A DNA stretch of 64,000 nt, taken from assembly GCA_964234715.1 (NCBI GenBank), contig OZ174289.1; one strand, given 5' to 3'. Below the pieces are notes generated by a model, which was not told the DNA's origin, ran no database searches, and saw only the letters and a list, made by a program, of their open reading frames with translations. Of the stretch, positions 62,490 to 64,000 are shown in pieces (positions within the stretch are counted from its first letter, which is position 1; the number at the start of each line of letters is the position of its first letter). The DNA comes from Podarcis melisellensis (Eukaryota). A program made the translations under genes and the position numbers.

Positions 62490-64000
62490 TTCTACAATAT
62501 AGACACATGTTGGTTTGTGTTCAAAAATGTTACAGGCAAATATTTTTTATATGCTTTGATGGAATCTACACACACATAAAAACATTCTGAAAATGCTTTT
62601 ATTAAACTGAAAAACAGCCATAGTAAGCATTCATTCCAATGGATACTTAAACTTATTTATATTCTGAAATGTTTGTTGTGGTTGTTCCAATATGCTGTCT
62701 AGCTAATGCCAGCTACAGCAAACAGAACCAACAATATATGGAAGAATTTGGTCATAATTTGTGCCAACATGGAAGCCAACTCTCATGAATTCATTACTGA
62801 CAGCATAGTATCAACATATATTTATACTTTGCTCATGTAGTCTGCATAAAACTCACTATTTTCCTATGCTACATCTGTACTTAAATTATTGTTCATTGGT
62901 TTAATTTCCCACCAGTTAGAGAAGTAACATGGATCCAAAGCTGGTGGAGTTCTGCAAACTGTTCTGAACGACTATCTCTTACTCTGTTTATAGAGATTTC
63001 TGCCTTCAGTTGAGTACAATAAGCCAATTGTTGCGTACTTTAGTTTTTTCTGATATGTGCACCATCCATAGTTCCAGAAGCTTACTGGAATATTTTGTTA
63101 AGGGGGAATTATTGGGTTGTTTTTGTTATGTATTTTCTGTTTTTTATATTGTGATTTTATGTTGTGAATTACCCTGAGATTTATGGGTATAGGGTTGTAT
63201 ATAAATTTTATAAATAATAATACAGAAACATGTCATTCAAATGACATTCATATGTGCATCAAGACATTCAGTAACTTTTAAGCAATTCCAACAGAAACTA
63301 ATGGGCTAAATACAGCCCATTCTTACACATGCTTACCCACGAAGCCGAAATACTATCACCAAACTGTTTAAAATGTAAAATGAAGTTCAATATAAATGTA
63401 AACTAATGCACATTAGGGAAATATATATATAATTTCACATATACACTGACAGGGTCAGAACAGACGGTAGCTAACCAGGAAAAGAATCTTAAGGTCTGAC
63501 CATATCCATCAAAGCTGAATGATGGAAGATTCAGGCTAGAGAAAAGGAAGTAATTCACTACCATCATTAATTATTATTCTTCATTAACATTTGCAATGCA
63601 GGAAGGGTTCGCACATTAGACTTCTACCATTTACATCCACATGTGTTTCCCAAAGTGAGCGATACTGCCCCCTGGGGGGTGCTGGAATGATCCAGGGAGT
63701 GGTAGTAGCCTCAGGTGTAACTGGGGGAGGGGTGCTGAAAAGGGGCAGTGGAAGCATAAGAAAATTTTGAAAAACCATTTGTACAGTACATGCTTCATCT
63801 GTTGTGAAATGATGCTTACTGCCAGATCTCTCCTGGATCCAGTGGTCATGCTGGATGAAAGGGGTAAACCTGGGCTTCAGTATACCCTTTTCAGCTTCAC
63901 CCAGGCCCAGGAAGTGGCTCACAGCTTACCTGCCTGTTGGGCCAATGACAGACGGCAGTGGCACAAGCCCTGACACTGGGCAGATCGACTGAGCCAGCAG

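Noticed and set aside
61932-62508. GC-rich overlapping ORFs as DIAPH2 exon 1 or its native CpG-island promoter
   Set aside because: No similarity to the DIAPH2 N-terminus, no phase-0 donor, and the block is bounded by TIRs and an 8-bp TSD, so it is an insertion.
63640-63760. Possible hAT left end (GTGTTTCCCAAA)
   Set aside because: No matching right TIR or TSD within the window, so it cannot be delimited.
1-64000. CRISPR arrays, operons, rRNA or bona fide tRNA genes
   Set aside because: Eukaryotic intronic DNA; no repeat-spacer arrays, and tRNA-like boxes occur only as SINE heads.

Overview
Vertebrate genomic DNA, AT-rich and mostly intronic. The repeat content (Sauria SINEs, BovB, CR1, L2, squamate MITEs) points to a squamate, most likely a lacertid lizard (inference). 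The whole window lies inside one minus-strand gene, the formin DIAPH2. I reconstructed 11 coding exons with consistent phases: ten that match my recollection of human exons 2-11 (33, 177, 105, 140, 75, 70, 137, 109, 111 and 119 nt), plus a 21-nt microexon encoding IIGNKVP. Together they cover the N-terminal GBD/DID (FH3) region; exon 1 and the FH1/FH2 exons lie outside the window. Highlights: (1) the last exon is followed by a U12 minor-spliceosome donor (ATATCCTTT); (2) two frame-preserving microexons are flanked by RBFOX, QKI, MBNL and UGC motifs; (3) a young 560-bp hAT element with a perfect 8-bp TSD carries a CpG-island-like cargo (GC box, CRE, IRF element and a poly-Q/poly-P N-terminus), a Pack-TIR-like portable promoter candidate; (4) a Penelope-like terminal repeat contains a minimal hammerhead ribozyme; (5) a Chapaev3-type DNA transposon retains both ends and a TAA TSD; (6) inverted Sauria SINE pairs could form dsRNA or promote circRNA. 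Almost all ORFs in the supplied track are spurious or TE-derived. Family and gene names come from recognition, not database searches.
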